A DNA stretch of 64,000 nucleotides from Dicyema japonicum (taxonomy: Eukaryota > Animalia > Dicyemida), in contig RDEW01000008.1 of NCBI GenBank assembly GCA_011109175.1, positions 1,555,447 through 1,619,446 on the forward strand. The letters are read 5' to 3'. The translations under genes and the position numbers were made by a program. A model generated the notes under the pieces. The model was not told the origin of the DNA. It saw only the letters and a list, made by a program, of their open reading frames with translations, and made no database searches. Positions 47,400 to 59,072 of this stretch are shown here, piece by piece. Within the stretch, counting starts at the first letter, position 1. Each line of letters begins with the position of its first letter.

Positions 47400-49725
47400 C
47401 TGAAAAAAATGGATAAATTATCTTACTCTGTTTTTCTGTGGAGATGTCGAGGAAAATCCTGGACCAGACTTAATCATATTACAAATTAACATCAATGGTA
47501 TCCGAACAAAATTGCCGAACTACAACTATTTCTTATAAATCACTCAGTGGATTTAGCTCTTTTCCAAAAGATGTTTTCAGGCGAGACAGAGGTCATGGAA
47601 AGGGATGAGGCTTTATTACGCTAATCAGGAAGCATATAATGACCAGAAATATTTCGGATGACATCCTGGACCCCTTCCACCACGACGACACACTGGAACA
47701 ACTAACTCTGAGAATCTTCCTACCCTCTCTCCTATTGACAGTTTTCAATATGTACATACCTCTTCACCGTCATGCCTCAGTGACTACAGGCCGAACTCAA
47801 GGGATTCACCAGGTTGGGAAACACTAATTGGCGGTGCCCTAAATGCGAAGAGTTCTCAATAGTATGCTGACCAACAACTGGATCAACGGGGAGTCCTCAT
47901 ATCCGACAGTTTTGACGACCTGATCATTCTCAATAATCCAAGCAAACACACAAGGACCCCTTCCCGTCAAGGTGACTCCCCTATTTCACCCGACATTTCT
48001 CTTGCCGCTCCTTTTCTTGCGACTGTCATTTTATGGGATGTTATATACGACTTACATACTGAACATAATCCGATCTTAATGAGAATCACACAAAAACGTA
48101 AGTTAATGAACACTCCGAGAACCAATGTTTACTTCTCAAAGGCAATATGGCTCACTTTCACATATTTTATCGAACTAAACCTTCAGGTCTTTCGGATAGA
48201 GGATTTCGGATCTATCAATGCTGCTGTCAATACCTCAACGTGATTATACTCCGAGCTCGCAAAAGATACATTCCGATGGGCGTTCTCAACGTCCATCACA
48301 CCCAATTGATGCTGGAATGCGAGCTCTAGTCCAAACGAGAAATAATCTAAAGAAATTCGAAAGATAATCAGTGGACGTAATTGAAAGGATATCAAAACTG
48401 AATAAAGAAATCATGCAGAGCATCACAAAACACAACAAAGAACGTTGGGAAGCCATGCTCAGAAAAGCTACGAATAATACTTCCACCAATGTATTATGGA
48501 AATCGATAAGGAGGCTCAAGAAGTGCTCTTCACATTTAATTGGACATCGAGAGCCATGTCCAAATCCCAATAACATTATGAAGTACTATGTGAATATTAT
48601 TCATAAATCATATTCAAAAGACCTGGATGTTCGTTCAAGCCAAGGAAGGAATAAATGTCCCAACATGACTTTCTTCGACCCGTCAATGGTGCACTCAGTA
48701 ATCAGGAAAATAAATAACTCGTCATCCCGCGGTTCAAATGACATGACTCTCATGACTCTGATGACTCTCGAACTGAAACACCTGAGTCCTTCAGCGACGG
48801 CCGCAAAGCACAAATTTTCAGTAACTTCATAAACGGTCGAATGGACTAAGTGGTTGTAAACAACCAAAAATCAAAACCTCGATACTTTCCAAATGGAGTT
48901 ACACAAGAATCACCGTTGTCACTAATACTTTTCAACATGTTCCTTCTCCAGCCACCAAAAACTCAATTCTTTTATTGTATGCGAAGAATCGAGGAGGCGA
49001 CAAAGTCCGTGCAAGATCTACTAAACCTGATGGGTCTTAGGTTCCTGAAGAACAGTCTAAATATATCGCCAGGAAAGTCACATGTAATGACGTTTTCCTC
49101 AGCACGAAAATAAATACAACAATACCAGGAATAAAGTTGTATGATTCCCCGTTCCTCATTAAGAATACCATTTCAATCCTTGAGTCATCCTGGATCTTCT
49201 CCTCATATTCACTCATCAACTAGAACTGGTAACCTCAAGAATCCAAAAGAAAATTGGAATTTTCAAGGCTTTTACTCACTCCCCATTATCTTCCCGTCAA
49301 TCGTTGGAGCTACTATACAAACAATTTGTTCTACCCAGTATCGAGTACTTCTGTGCTGCATGAATAGTTCTGCTATCACTATGGCACAGAGAAAGCTGGA
49401 AGTGTTACAAAACTGATTTTTCAGAATCTTATTGAGCCACGTAGTTAATAAAATACTAAACGTCCCCCAATCATGGAATACATTACGGAACGTCATCGGG
49501 ACTTCCTCAAGATGGCAAAGTCCCCTTACCATCCCCTCGGGCCGTACATCAAACTATATATGGACGCCTGCCCGAGATGTGAGAAGAAACCTTCCCCGCT
49601 GTGGAGATTAATTCAGGACTCCAAAACTAACCACAGGAAAAGGACTGATATGGACATCGGGATCACTTAATTAGACGATAGCTTTATCCTCTTTCTCGTG
49701 ATTTCGGGGTTAATAACATAAAATA
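47400..49725 (+). mobile_element. Long decayed APE-RT LINE (Ingi/Vingi-like) with N-terminal 2A motif
   Basis: CGDVEENPGP, then LIILQININGIR (APE start), NMYIP, SPDISL, TEHNPIL and RT GVTQESPLSLILFN. Ends MDIGIT* with the 3' hairpin and AT tail. Part of the RT is deleted. Confidence 0.88.
47437..47466 (+). other. 2A/StopGo ribosomal skipping motif CGDVEENPGP
   Basis: TGT GGA GAT GTC GAG GAA AAT CCT GGA CCA, in frame with the APE domain start. Confidence 0.85.
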
Positions 49726-49730
49726 AATAA

Positions 49731-49950
49731 ATGTGGTGCTATGCGGCTAATTGGTTGAAAATTTATATTCCTTCCTCTGATGGCGTCGTTGGGACACTTT
49801 ACTCAGGAGACACCATTACCTGGCCGGCATTCAAAAGGATTCAACTATTTATTCTACTGGGAGACAATTTTGTTACCTGACGACGAGTTCTGGAATTGAT
49901 CTCAGCTCCCCGGACTACGTCCTCTGGATCACTGTTCTTGGATGAAGGTC
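49731..49950 (+). mobile_element. Non-autonomous element family B (3' truncated)
   Basis: ATGTGGTGCTATGCGGCTAATTGGTTGAA head. Body homologous to 18300-18490. Confidence 0.75.
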
Positions 49951-49959
49951 CTAAATTAT

Positions 49960-51150
49960 TGATAGGAAAGAAAATTTTTTTATAGTTTGCTAATAGACTT
50001 CTACCCAGACAGTCTCCCCAAGAAATCGATCTAACACAGGGAAATTTTTGATGATAAGTCTCAGGTACTTTAGTGCGGTTTTTGAAACCTCTAATAAGAT
50101 TTTCGATAGTTATTTTAACCTTGCACATTTTTCCTTCCAATCAAAGGAAACTGAATACAAGGATTTATCCCGTAAGCAAGATTTAGAACAAAATCAAGCG
50201 TTTTTTTCAAATTTCTCGAGAATTGAGTCTCTCCTTTTTGAGTCGTACCCTTATAACATTCCAGGAAGTATTGCGGAGTTGAAGAGATAAACAAATATCT
50301 CCGACTCGAGTTTTAGCTTTCTAACACAGAACAGAGTCTTCGTAGCTTTTTTTTGCATATTTTATCATGTTTCATAAAATTCCAAAAGTTTGGGTTTTTT
50401 CTATATAATCACTGCATTGAGCTATCCACAAATTATTCAATGCTTTTTCGGTAATGGTCCCAGTTTATAAGTGTCAGATCATAGTTTACTAGAGCAGGCT
50501 TGACCTCTAAAGGAGTTAGGTTGAGTTTATAAAGGATTGGTAGATGATCACTACCAACATCACCATGCGTAATCGGTCGTTCCAAAAATTGAAGAACAAA
50601 TTCCGATATCAGCGCCACGCCAAAATAATCCCAGTCACTAGGGGAATAGTGATTCAGATTGAGGACGTCATAATAGAAAATCAAGAAGACACGTACATAT
50701 CTTTTAGAACAAAGAAGTATCTGTTCGTCCCCACACAACCGAACGAGGTGAATCGAGAACGATGCATTTTCATCATGAAAATTTTTTTTTATAAGATACG
50801 GATATGAAGATAAAATTTTCGAATATATCCCTCTTTTTCTTTAAAGATCGGGCGTTCATCTCAATAATAGTAAGATCAGATTTCATGTTTGTAGAACCTC
50901 TGCATTTCCAAAACAAAGGGCTAACAGATTCCGGACGTCGAGTTCGACAAAAATATCAACCAGTTTTTTTAACAACACTTATCAATTCCGGGACCTCGAA
51001 GCACCAAGTTACTGGTTTCCTGTACCATTTAAACGAACTCTCTAAAAACCAAACACCATGTCCAGCCTCACATGTGACGTGGAATGTGCTTGAGCATAAG
51101 TTAATAGACTTGAGTAATTTTCCAGGGATTTATATTAAACATAATTATTT
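49960..51150 (-). mobile_element. Decayed APE-type LINE 5' region (endonuclease)
   Basis: LTIIEMNARSL (APE start) and DVGSDHLPI (APE end), preceded by a Cys/His-containing segment. Confidence 0.7.
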
Positions 51151-51492
51151 GTTGGGGGTTCTATGATTATTAGTAATGTTTGATTATTTGACGTTTGAAG
51201 ACACATGATTTTTAATATTTTTTTTACAAAAATAGAAATTTTGATTTTACAGATAAAATTGGTCTCAATAGTGCGTTGAGAAATCCCGAGTTACACTAAC
51301 TTTATATACTATCTACTTAGCTATAAATCTCTAGATACTAGCGAATTAAATTTGACTCCCATAAAATTAGGGACTCTTGGTTTGCTAACAAAAATCGAGT
51401 AACCTCATTAATATAGTGGCCACCTAGTACTGTTGATATAAATCAACTTTTATAGAAATTATATAAATTAAAATAGATTAATTGATTTTTAA

Positions 51493-53185
51493 TCATAAAA
51501 TTATACATTTAATTATCTGATATTCAAGGAGTAAGGAAAAGATTATAAAAATGACGTATGAAACAATCATAGAAACTCCCAGTAATTTTGTCATTTTATA
51601 CTGAGACAGTGCGATTATCACCACCACACTTAACAACATAGCAAACAGCATCAAAACTGAGCAGAACATTCCTTTACTGCTTATATCAACTGGGATTCGT
51701 GACACCATCCAGTATAACAGCCATGGAAACGGAAGACTATTCTAAAAAAACCATATTTTACCCGACACAGACGTCGAAAAGATTACTTCCAATTGAACTA
51801 GAGACTGCCATGTCCCCAAATCCCTTTTTAGTGACAATATAGCTGGTTATCAAATCGGGAATACTTGTCCCTGCTGCAAGCAATGTCAGTCCCATTACCC
51901 GAATTTTGAATCAACTCAAACCTCATTTGGGATCCCAAAAGTGGTCCCAAACTGGTTCGCCCACCAAACCATTAAGTACGAGAATATGGCGATCCACAAA
52001 ATACTATTAATAAACGTGATAATGTAGAATTTTCTCATTTTCTATAAAAACACTGAAATTGTATACTTGACTGTTGACATTGGGGATAGTAAAATAAAGC
52101 AAAAAATTGATGGGAAAAAGAAGGACACATTTTATTCGACCATAAATAGAATCGGGCCAGTCAACCAACCCGCCCTCCTCCTAAATCTAATTTAATTTTT
52201 AGAATATTTCTCACCCGATCATTCGAATCTGTCGTTTCCTTTAAATTTATATTACTAAAATACATTTTTTCCAACTTCAATCTGTTTTTCAGAGACTTTA
52301 GAAGTATTAATTGTATTTTACCTGGAACTACCGTCGACAACCGTTTCTGAGAGCCACTGATGCGAACGAAAACTATTGAGTTCTGGGATAAATAAAAAAA
52401 CATACTTTCCTTCCGACTTGCTGAGTATTCAAGTTTTTCAAAATTTTGTTTTTTACGTAATTTTCGATGTTTCTGTTGTATTTCATAAAAAGGACGTAAA
52501 CAAAGTACCAAAGAAATAAAATGAGGGCCTCCCACCAGAAAATTTTGTTATCGACGAAGAATATTATCAACATTATAAGGGAGATGACGTAAAATACCAT
52601 ATCCCGAAAAAGTGGCCACCAAGTCAGAGTTAAAACAGTCGCACTGGACAGAGCACAGAATCCGATGACGAACAAAATGTTGAAAACGGCGGATCCGATT
52701 ATAGTACCAATTCCAATGTTACTGTGGGCTAGAAAAATTCCAATTATCGAAGTAAAAAGTTCAGGAGCACTTCCTCCAGCAGCCATAAAGGTGGCCCCAG
52801 CAACATCTTCACTAATGTCCAACTTTTCAATGATTACTTCCAACGAGGGAACAAAATAAGAATCACATACAATCGCCAGAGCGATGAACATGTAAAAAAT
52901 CCCGATAATGTGTAAAATAACTGCTCCCTGTTTCCTCTGGCAGATGTCGAAAATATCATTTGGGTAATTTCCAACCAAGTGATCCTCACAAGAGCTTGAT
53001 TGGACTGAAAGAAGATTTTTCGACTTCACATGTAAAATGTACTCGCTAGAAACTCTTTTCGAGCAGATTATCATAACATAAAATAATACTAGAGTTACAC
53101 AAATCTGCTTGACTCTTTTAAAGCACCCCAACCCTCGTGGATTGCATAGTTTGCCCAATAATGCCCAGATTTTATCAATTGCCAT
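51493..53185 (-). CDS. K+-dependent Na+/Ca2+ exchanger (NCKX, SLC24 family)
   Basis: [29 protein letters not shown]; alpha-1 repeat [22 protein letters not shown]…GSAVFNIL; alpha-2 repeat [18 protein letters not shown]…[15 protein letters not shown]. Mini-introns in the 3' half. Confidence 0.95.
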
Positions 53186-54199
53186 TGTGGAGTAAACGAT
53201 GCTAATTGTATTTGAACTGTTTTGTAAACGTAATCAGTACAATCAATGATGGACATGAATACATCGGCAGATTAATTGAATTCTGACAAGGGTGACAATG
53301 AGTGATTAGATGGGCCTTCATTTATGTGAAGATGGGGATCTCTATTTGCCCGATATCTGTAAAATTAATTATTTTGAACTAAAGTTAAATAAGTTTTAAT
53401 TTTGGGAGTGATTGCAATTAAATGGTTAATTGTTGCCAATTACATTTATTGTTTTCTAATCAATACAACTAATGCAATTGCAAAAACTTCACAATTTTCA
53501 TGTAATTGGCAAATTACAATAAATCATGTGAGACTCGGTAATAGTCCTACACGTGCCAGAAATTTTAAAGTTGATAAAAATTACTTTTGTCATCACTTAA
53601 TTTAAAAAAATAGGATTTTAAAATAAGTAACGTCTGCCGAATTAACGTTCTTTAAAACTAGCCTGAGAAGAATATTCTTTTCCTTTACGTTTGTCCTCCA
53701 ATCTATCATTTTCATATTTTTTTCTGTCAAATATAATTGGATGATACTATAAGAGCATGAATTCAGACCATCGTGAACGAGAAGATATTTGAGAGCATGA
53801 GGATAGAACATAAATTTGGGTTGGTCATATTGGCCAACTCACGGAAAAATGATATCGATATTGGGACAATCCATGGAGAAAATGTTAATTGAGAATGATG
53901 TTTGTTCAAGAGTCTGGACTAAGGAATTGATAGAAAAAATCCTGGACAGTCCAAATTATCTACTAGGAAAAACATGCAATTGTGGGTTGACTGGCTCAAA
54001 GAGAAAAATTAAATGAGATGGAATTTGAAACAATTTTAATATATGACAAATTTTCAAAAATTCGTATTTAATTGCAATGTCAGAATATTTAGGATCTTTA
54101 AGGTCTCTAGCATAGATAGGCAGATTAGCTCCTGAGTCAATTTTTAATACACCATTATATAACTCTAGCCGAGATAGAATAGAAGAGTGTCATACCTTG

Positions 54200-54400
54200 A
54201 AAAATTCAGATGCTTCCCGGTTCGAACCTCATGCTGTCCATTCTGGCTGTAGGTTCAACTTATCTACGATGCTTCATTGCTTGACGAGTGATACCGTAAT
54301 CAGTGATACCTTACTGCGGAACCAGATTGTCTGCAGGAACTCACACGCAACCAAAAAAGACTTAAGAACATCTCTTGGCATAAGTAAAATGGTTATTGTA
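54200..54400 (+). mobile_element. tRNA-derived SINE family T, diverged
   Basis: GGTTCGAACC, ATCTACGATGCTT, TTGACGAGTGATACCGTAATCAGTGA, ACTGCGGAACCAGATTGTCT. Confidence 0.7.
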
Positions 54401-55367
54401 AAAATGCTGTTATTATATTACTATCCATAAAATACAATATATTCTCAATGTTAAAATTCTCGGGTAATTGGTTGGTGGTGTTTGATTATTTCTCAAATGG
54501 TTCTTGTTAATTTCTAGAATATATAATCCTCATCTAAGGTAGCCATTGCAAAGCGACCAAGAGACGGCCCAAATTTTCTCGTCACTCCATATTCTAAATT
54601 TCCCCCTCAGATATCTGGTAGCGTCCGTTTTTGGCTGTAACTTTCGTGTTAACCAGCGGTTTCTTTCATCTAGAGTGGTCAAGGCTAAGTAAAAAGACAT
54701 ATAGCAATAATAAGTGATTCGATTCCCTCGAAGGTTTTATCGTCTTGTGCTTGGTTTTTTTCTATTCTCCTGTCTCAGAAGACTCCAAGTTCTATTAAAA
54801 ATGAAAAAATGATCATTTGCTCTCCCAGAGTTCAGTGGATAATTTCTTTGTGGATTCACACAATAGTGGTTCCGGAAAAACTTATCCATGAGATTGTGTG
54901 CGTGGTTACTGGATGCACTCAATTGCTTGTTAACTGTCGACTTCTTTTTCGGTGTATCAGGGCTTAATAAAAAGAAAGTTTCCAAAATCTTCGAGTTTGA
55001 ACCCTAATTATATACAACATTTCATCAGTTCTTCATCTTGAAGTGACAAGAATTAAGGGATAAATCTATAATAAGGCGGAGATGTTATCTACAAAAAATA
55101 CGTCACTATCTTTAATAACTCAAGCAATTTAAGCTCTACCAATTCTGATACGAGGATTAATATTTCCGATTAATAATTAAACCGAATTGTCTTAGTCAAA
55201 TTTATGGAGTTTAACCTTTAAACCGAATATATGAAAATTGCCGCCATCCTCATTATCTGAGAAGTGAGTCCGTTTAGTGACACTGAGGTTTTTAAATCAG
55301 CCTTTTCTTAAAAAAGATTGTCTTTTTCTTTAACTGTGTTGAATCATCTTCATAACGCAACTATTAG

Positions 55368-55528
55368 ATAATAATAATAACATCAGAGACCACGGTTACA
55401 CAAACTAACTAATAGCGTGATCCCAGCACGCTCTAGCAGGGACCTCATCTTGGCCCGATCTCTTCCCTGACCCCACACAAGCACGCATCGGTTGAATGAC
55501 TGTATCTTCGCAGTCACGACGGCGTGTT
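55368..55528 (-). mobile_element. ~150-nt LINE-derived short element
   Basis: Matches 12034-12180 end to end. Stem GGGATCACG/CGTGGTCTC and (TTA)n tail. Confidence 0.85.
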
Positions 55529-55574
55529 ACATGGTTAAATCTTTTTATAATCTCAAATTTGTTAATAACTGTAA

Positions 55575-55895
55575 CGAGCCGCGTGGCGCCATGTGGTGCT
55601 GCGTGGCTAATTGGTTGAAGCTTTCTGTTTGCTTGTCTGTTCCTCCTCTCTCTTCCTATTAGAGTGGCGTCATGTGATCCACCTGTCTAGGTGGCGCCCA
55701 GTGCCTGGCTGGCACGAAAAAAGATCATTCACTTTCCCCCACTCCACTGGAGGGGTTTCCACAACTGCAAATATGGACGTCTTACCCTTTATGCTGATTC
55801 CGGATGGACTCTGTTACTGTAGAAGTGGAAAAATGATACACTTAATTAGTTGTTTACTTTAACTTCTTTCTCGTGTATCCGGGGTTAATAAATTA
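55575..55895 (+). mobile_element. Non-autonomous LINE-derived element, family A
   Basis: 5' hairpin AGCCGCGTGGCGCCA-TG-TGGTGCTGCGTGGCT, pseudoknot module at 55666-55728, and 3' hairpin GATACAC…GTGTATC plus GGGGTTAAT. Confidence 0.9.
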
Positions 55896-55924
55896 AAAAA
55901 ATTAAAAAATCTCAAATTATTTTA

Positions 55925-57310
55925 TTATTTATTTTATTTTAAAACCCCAAGACCATTAAGAAAGAAAGAATTAACTTGCTAAATTAAGTGATCCCAGCCT
56001 CCAACATCTCTTGAATTCTCTTCGAATGCTCCACCAGTGAACCAACAGCATTTCTGAAGTGTCTTCTTTTATTTCTGCAGAGGAATTCTATCGGAGTGCA
56101 CTTTTTTAATGCCGATCTGAATTCCTCCGCATAACCATCCTCTCTCGGAATGGGTTTCCTAGCTCATTGCTCATACGTATTTCTCACCGTCCTCCTCTGA
56201 AAAGACTGGGGATGGATGTGGAGTCTGATTGAATATGCCTCTTGATCTTCCGTCTGAGAGAGTTCATACGCTCCACCCTCGTAGAAGGAATTGCGAATCT
56301 CCAGGCAGAGCAAGCATATTCAATCGTCGGCGCAATAACTTGGAGATATATTTTTCTGACACAAGCAGTAGGAAAGGGGCTCTTTTTATTCCATTTTCGA
56401 AGACCCTTGGTTAACACCTCCTCCCTGTGACTGGGGAACGTCATAAAAGAGTCGAAAGTTACTCCAAGGATCTTCTGGATTCGAGTATAAGGGATGGGAA
56501 TGTTTCCGCGGAATATCTCAAGTTCACTTTTAAATCTTCTGTCCGTAGTAAATAGGGTGAACTGAGACTTGGATACAAACACAGAGCAACTTCATGGATA
56601 GCCAGTCACACACCTGGTTGAGGTGTGACTGAGCCACCGCCACAGCGCTGGAGGAAGATTTGTCTCTTGCAGCGATAATCAGATCGTCCGCATAAGATAA
56701 AAACATGGTGTCCTGATCATTAATAGTAAGTAAATCGTGTAGAAATAAGTTAAATAAGAGAGAAGACAGAGGGGAGCCTTGTGGGACCCCATTAGGGAGT
56801 AGTCTTGATTTTGAAGTAATTTTTCCAATCCGGAGTCTTCCACGTCGGCCATTTAAGAAATTTTCCAGCCATAGCATAATGCTCGGATGTAAATTTGAGT
56901 TAAAGATCTTTTTTGTTAGGAGAGTCCTCAAAACCAAGTCGAAGGCTTTCTGTATATCTATTTTTTTTAAAAGCCTTTTTACGAGAGCCATAGTATTTAT
57001 AGCTCCGCATAGGCAGGACACACACTTTATTTAAGTAAAGAACAGTTAATTTTAACTAATCGTAGAACCAAGGAATGATCTTCACTTCTTTTTGTTCTTT
57101 TTCTTGTGTGAGTGTCTTTCTAGACAATCCAGTTCCGCAGTGAGTATTCACTGATGACGGCGTCACTCGTCAAACCCTTTCTGCATCGTAGATGCGTGGA
57201 ACCTTCCACCAGGTGAACAGCAGCGAGATTCGAACCCGTAGCCTAAGCCACTTAAGCCCGACACCTAACCACTATGCAACCCGGCTGTATATCTATAGAC
57301 ACCAGAAATT
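55925..57310 (-). mobile_element. 5'-truncated Ingi-like LINE (RT to 3' end), interrupted by a SINE
   Basis: LVSIDIQ[SINE]KAFD, GVPQGSPLSSLLFN, YADDL, KILGVTFD, IEYACSAW. Ends MLEAGIT* with hairpin and AT tail. Confidence 0.92.
56962..57284 (-). mobile_element. Full-length tRNA-derived SINE family T with 12-bp TSD
   Basis: TSD CTGTATATCTAT at 56950-56961 and 57285-57296. A-box TGCATAGTGG, B-box GGTTCGAATC and a short A tail. Confidence 0.93.
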
Positions 57311-57319
57311 CGCCTCATT

Positions 57320-58640
57320 TTAATAGAATATAAAGTAAATTCAAAGCCTGCTATCAAAGAGGAGCGAAGACTAAGAGTGAGAGACTAACTGATCGTATGA
57401 AGCAGCGGAGACTAACAGTGACCTTAAAATAGTGTCTGATCATTTTCTTATTAAAAATCCGCAGCAAAAAGAACCTGCGACAGAAGCCAGGAAATACAAA
57501 GACAGAACAAATATGAGAATCCTCACAGTGGAAAGAAAACTCAAAGATTTAGATTGAAAAAAATTTCAAGAATATTGATATTTTACCCTGCTCGGAAAGG
57601 ATGTGGATGCTTTGGATCAAGAGAGTGCACGATTAAAAAATCAAGATGGGCGTCTATTCAAATAGAATAGACTAACAGAATGTATAGTGCAATACGGATG
57701 ATCAACCGAAAGAAACAAGAATCTAAAAATAAAACTGCAAGACGATAATGGAAAACACTGATAAACCCTGTCGACCAAGTTGAATGCATAGCAGCCCACT
57801 TTGAAAATTTACTTAAAACTCTAAGAAACATCCGATTTTACACGCAGATACTTTACAGAAATAGAAAAATCAAGTCAATAGACTAACTGAAAATGGTAGT
57901 TCCCATGGACCAGACATCAACTTCTAAATTTCGAACCCACCATACTAATTGATATTATGACAACACTTCTAAATGCTATTCTTGCGAGAAAAGAATGTAT
58001 ATCCCTTGAATTTGGACTACTAATACCGATCAGGAAACCTAAAAAAGGCAGTTCGTACAGTGGAAGACCTACTCCGCTAATCCTGCTTAATATTCTACTG
58101 TAATTAGTTACATTGAATCACATCACATCAAGAATAAAGTGGATAACTGCCTGGCACCAAGTCATAGTGGATTTGGGACTGATAGATAAACGACATATAT
58201 TTGGAGTCACAAATGTCGCTGTAAAACAAAGATACCAAAATACAACTACAGCGCTTGGAATAAATCTTTTGGGGCTTTCAGTACAGTTCGCCGAGATGTA
58301 TTACTGAAGGCAGTGCAGGAATTTCCTCCACCCAACATAAAGCTAAGATTTCGAATTGGCGAAACTACCAAGAGAATTTGCATATAATATGGTGACTCCT
58401 CAAAGAGATTCCTTTTCTCCTTTGTTGAGGAACTCGAGGTAGATTCGTCTCCAGCTCAGGACATTGCTTGGACTGAATTGGTCGAAGGAATCAACAAGAA
58501 AGCGCTATATGGTGTTTGCTTCACTGGTTCGTTGAACCTTGAGATCATTGATTTTAGATGAAGGCTCTTCGGACACATACTAAAATGGAACTAATATACC
58601 CCCAAACGAGAAATACTTTGTCGAGAGTTGATCATATTTC
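57320..58640 (+). mobile_element. Highly decayed RTE-like LINE
   Basis: IPIRKPKKG…PLILLNIL, TPQRDSFSPLL and RLFGHILK remnants. Confidence 0.55.
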
Positions 58641-58734
58641 TGTTGACGGTAATGAGTCACACTTTCTGGAGTTCCAATGTCACTCACAAGCCAGAGAGAC
58701 CTTCCAATGACACTCACAAGTCCACCCAGAACCA

Positions 58735-58925
58735 ACAGAAAGATAGTAAAACATCCAGTCTTTCCAGTTGTGGGAACCTTTCCAATGGAGTGGAGGATAG
58801 CAAATGATTTTTTGTGTCATCTTAACACTGAGGATCACTTGAGACAGACGGATGGCATGGCACCAGTCTAGTAGAAAGAGACGAGGAACAGAAAAAATAG
58901 AAAGAAACCTTCAGCCAATGTAGAT
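58735..58925 (-). mobile_element. Diverged family A element
   Basis: The reverse complement aligns with 55608-55790 (TTGGCTGAAG…CTGTTCCTC…CACTCCATTGGAAAGGTTCCCACAACTG). Confidence 0.7.
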
Positions 58926-58967
58926 AGAAGGCGGAATGAAAACCAGGACCATTTTTATCAAAACCAT

Positions 58968-59072
58968 GCCCATCATTGTAGAAACCTTCGACCATCTAGC
59001 TAGTTAGGGGAATCCAAACCAGGTCCATTGTTGTAGAAACCTTCGACCAGGTAGCTAGCATAAGGAATCAAA
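58968..59072. repeat. Two-copy ~55-bp tandem repeat
   Basis: TTGTAGAAACCTTCGACCA..TAGCTAG…GGAATC repeated. Confidence 0.75.

Noticed and set aside
49706-49716. GGGGTT at LINE ends as a telomeric repeat or telomere-targeting signal
   Set aside because: Single unit, variable between copies (GAGGTT, GTGGTT, TGGT), and no tandem telomeric arrays.
57135-57180. Hammerhead ribozyme suggested by CTGATGA flanked by hairpins on the antisense strand of the tRNA-SINE
   Set aside because: No GAAA after the putative stem II (it reads CGTCAAAC), and CTGATGA is not conserved across copies.
58968-59072. CRISPR-like repeat-spacer array
   Set aside because: Only two imperfect units with related intervening sequence, in a eukaryotic context with no cas genes.
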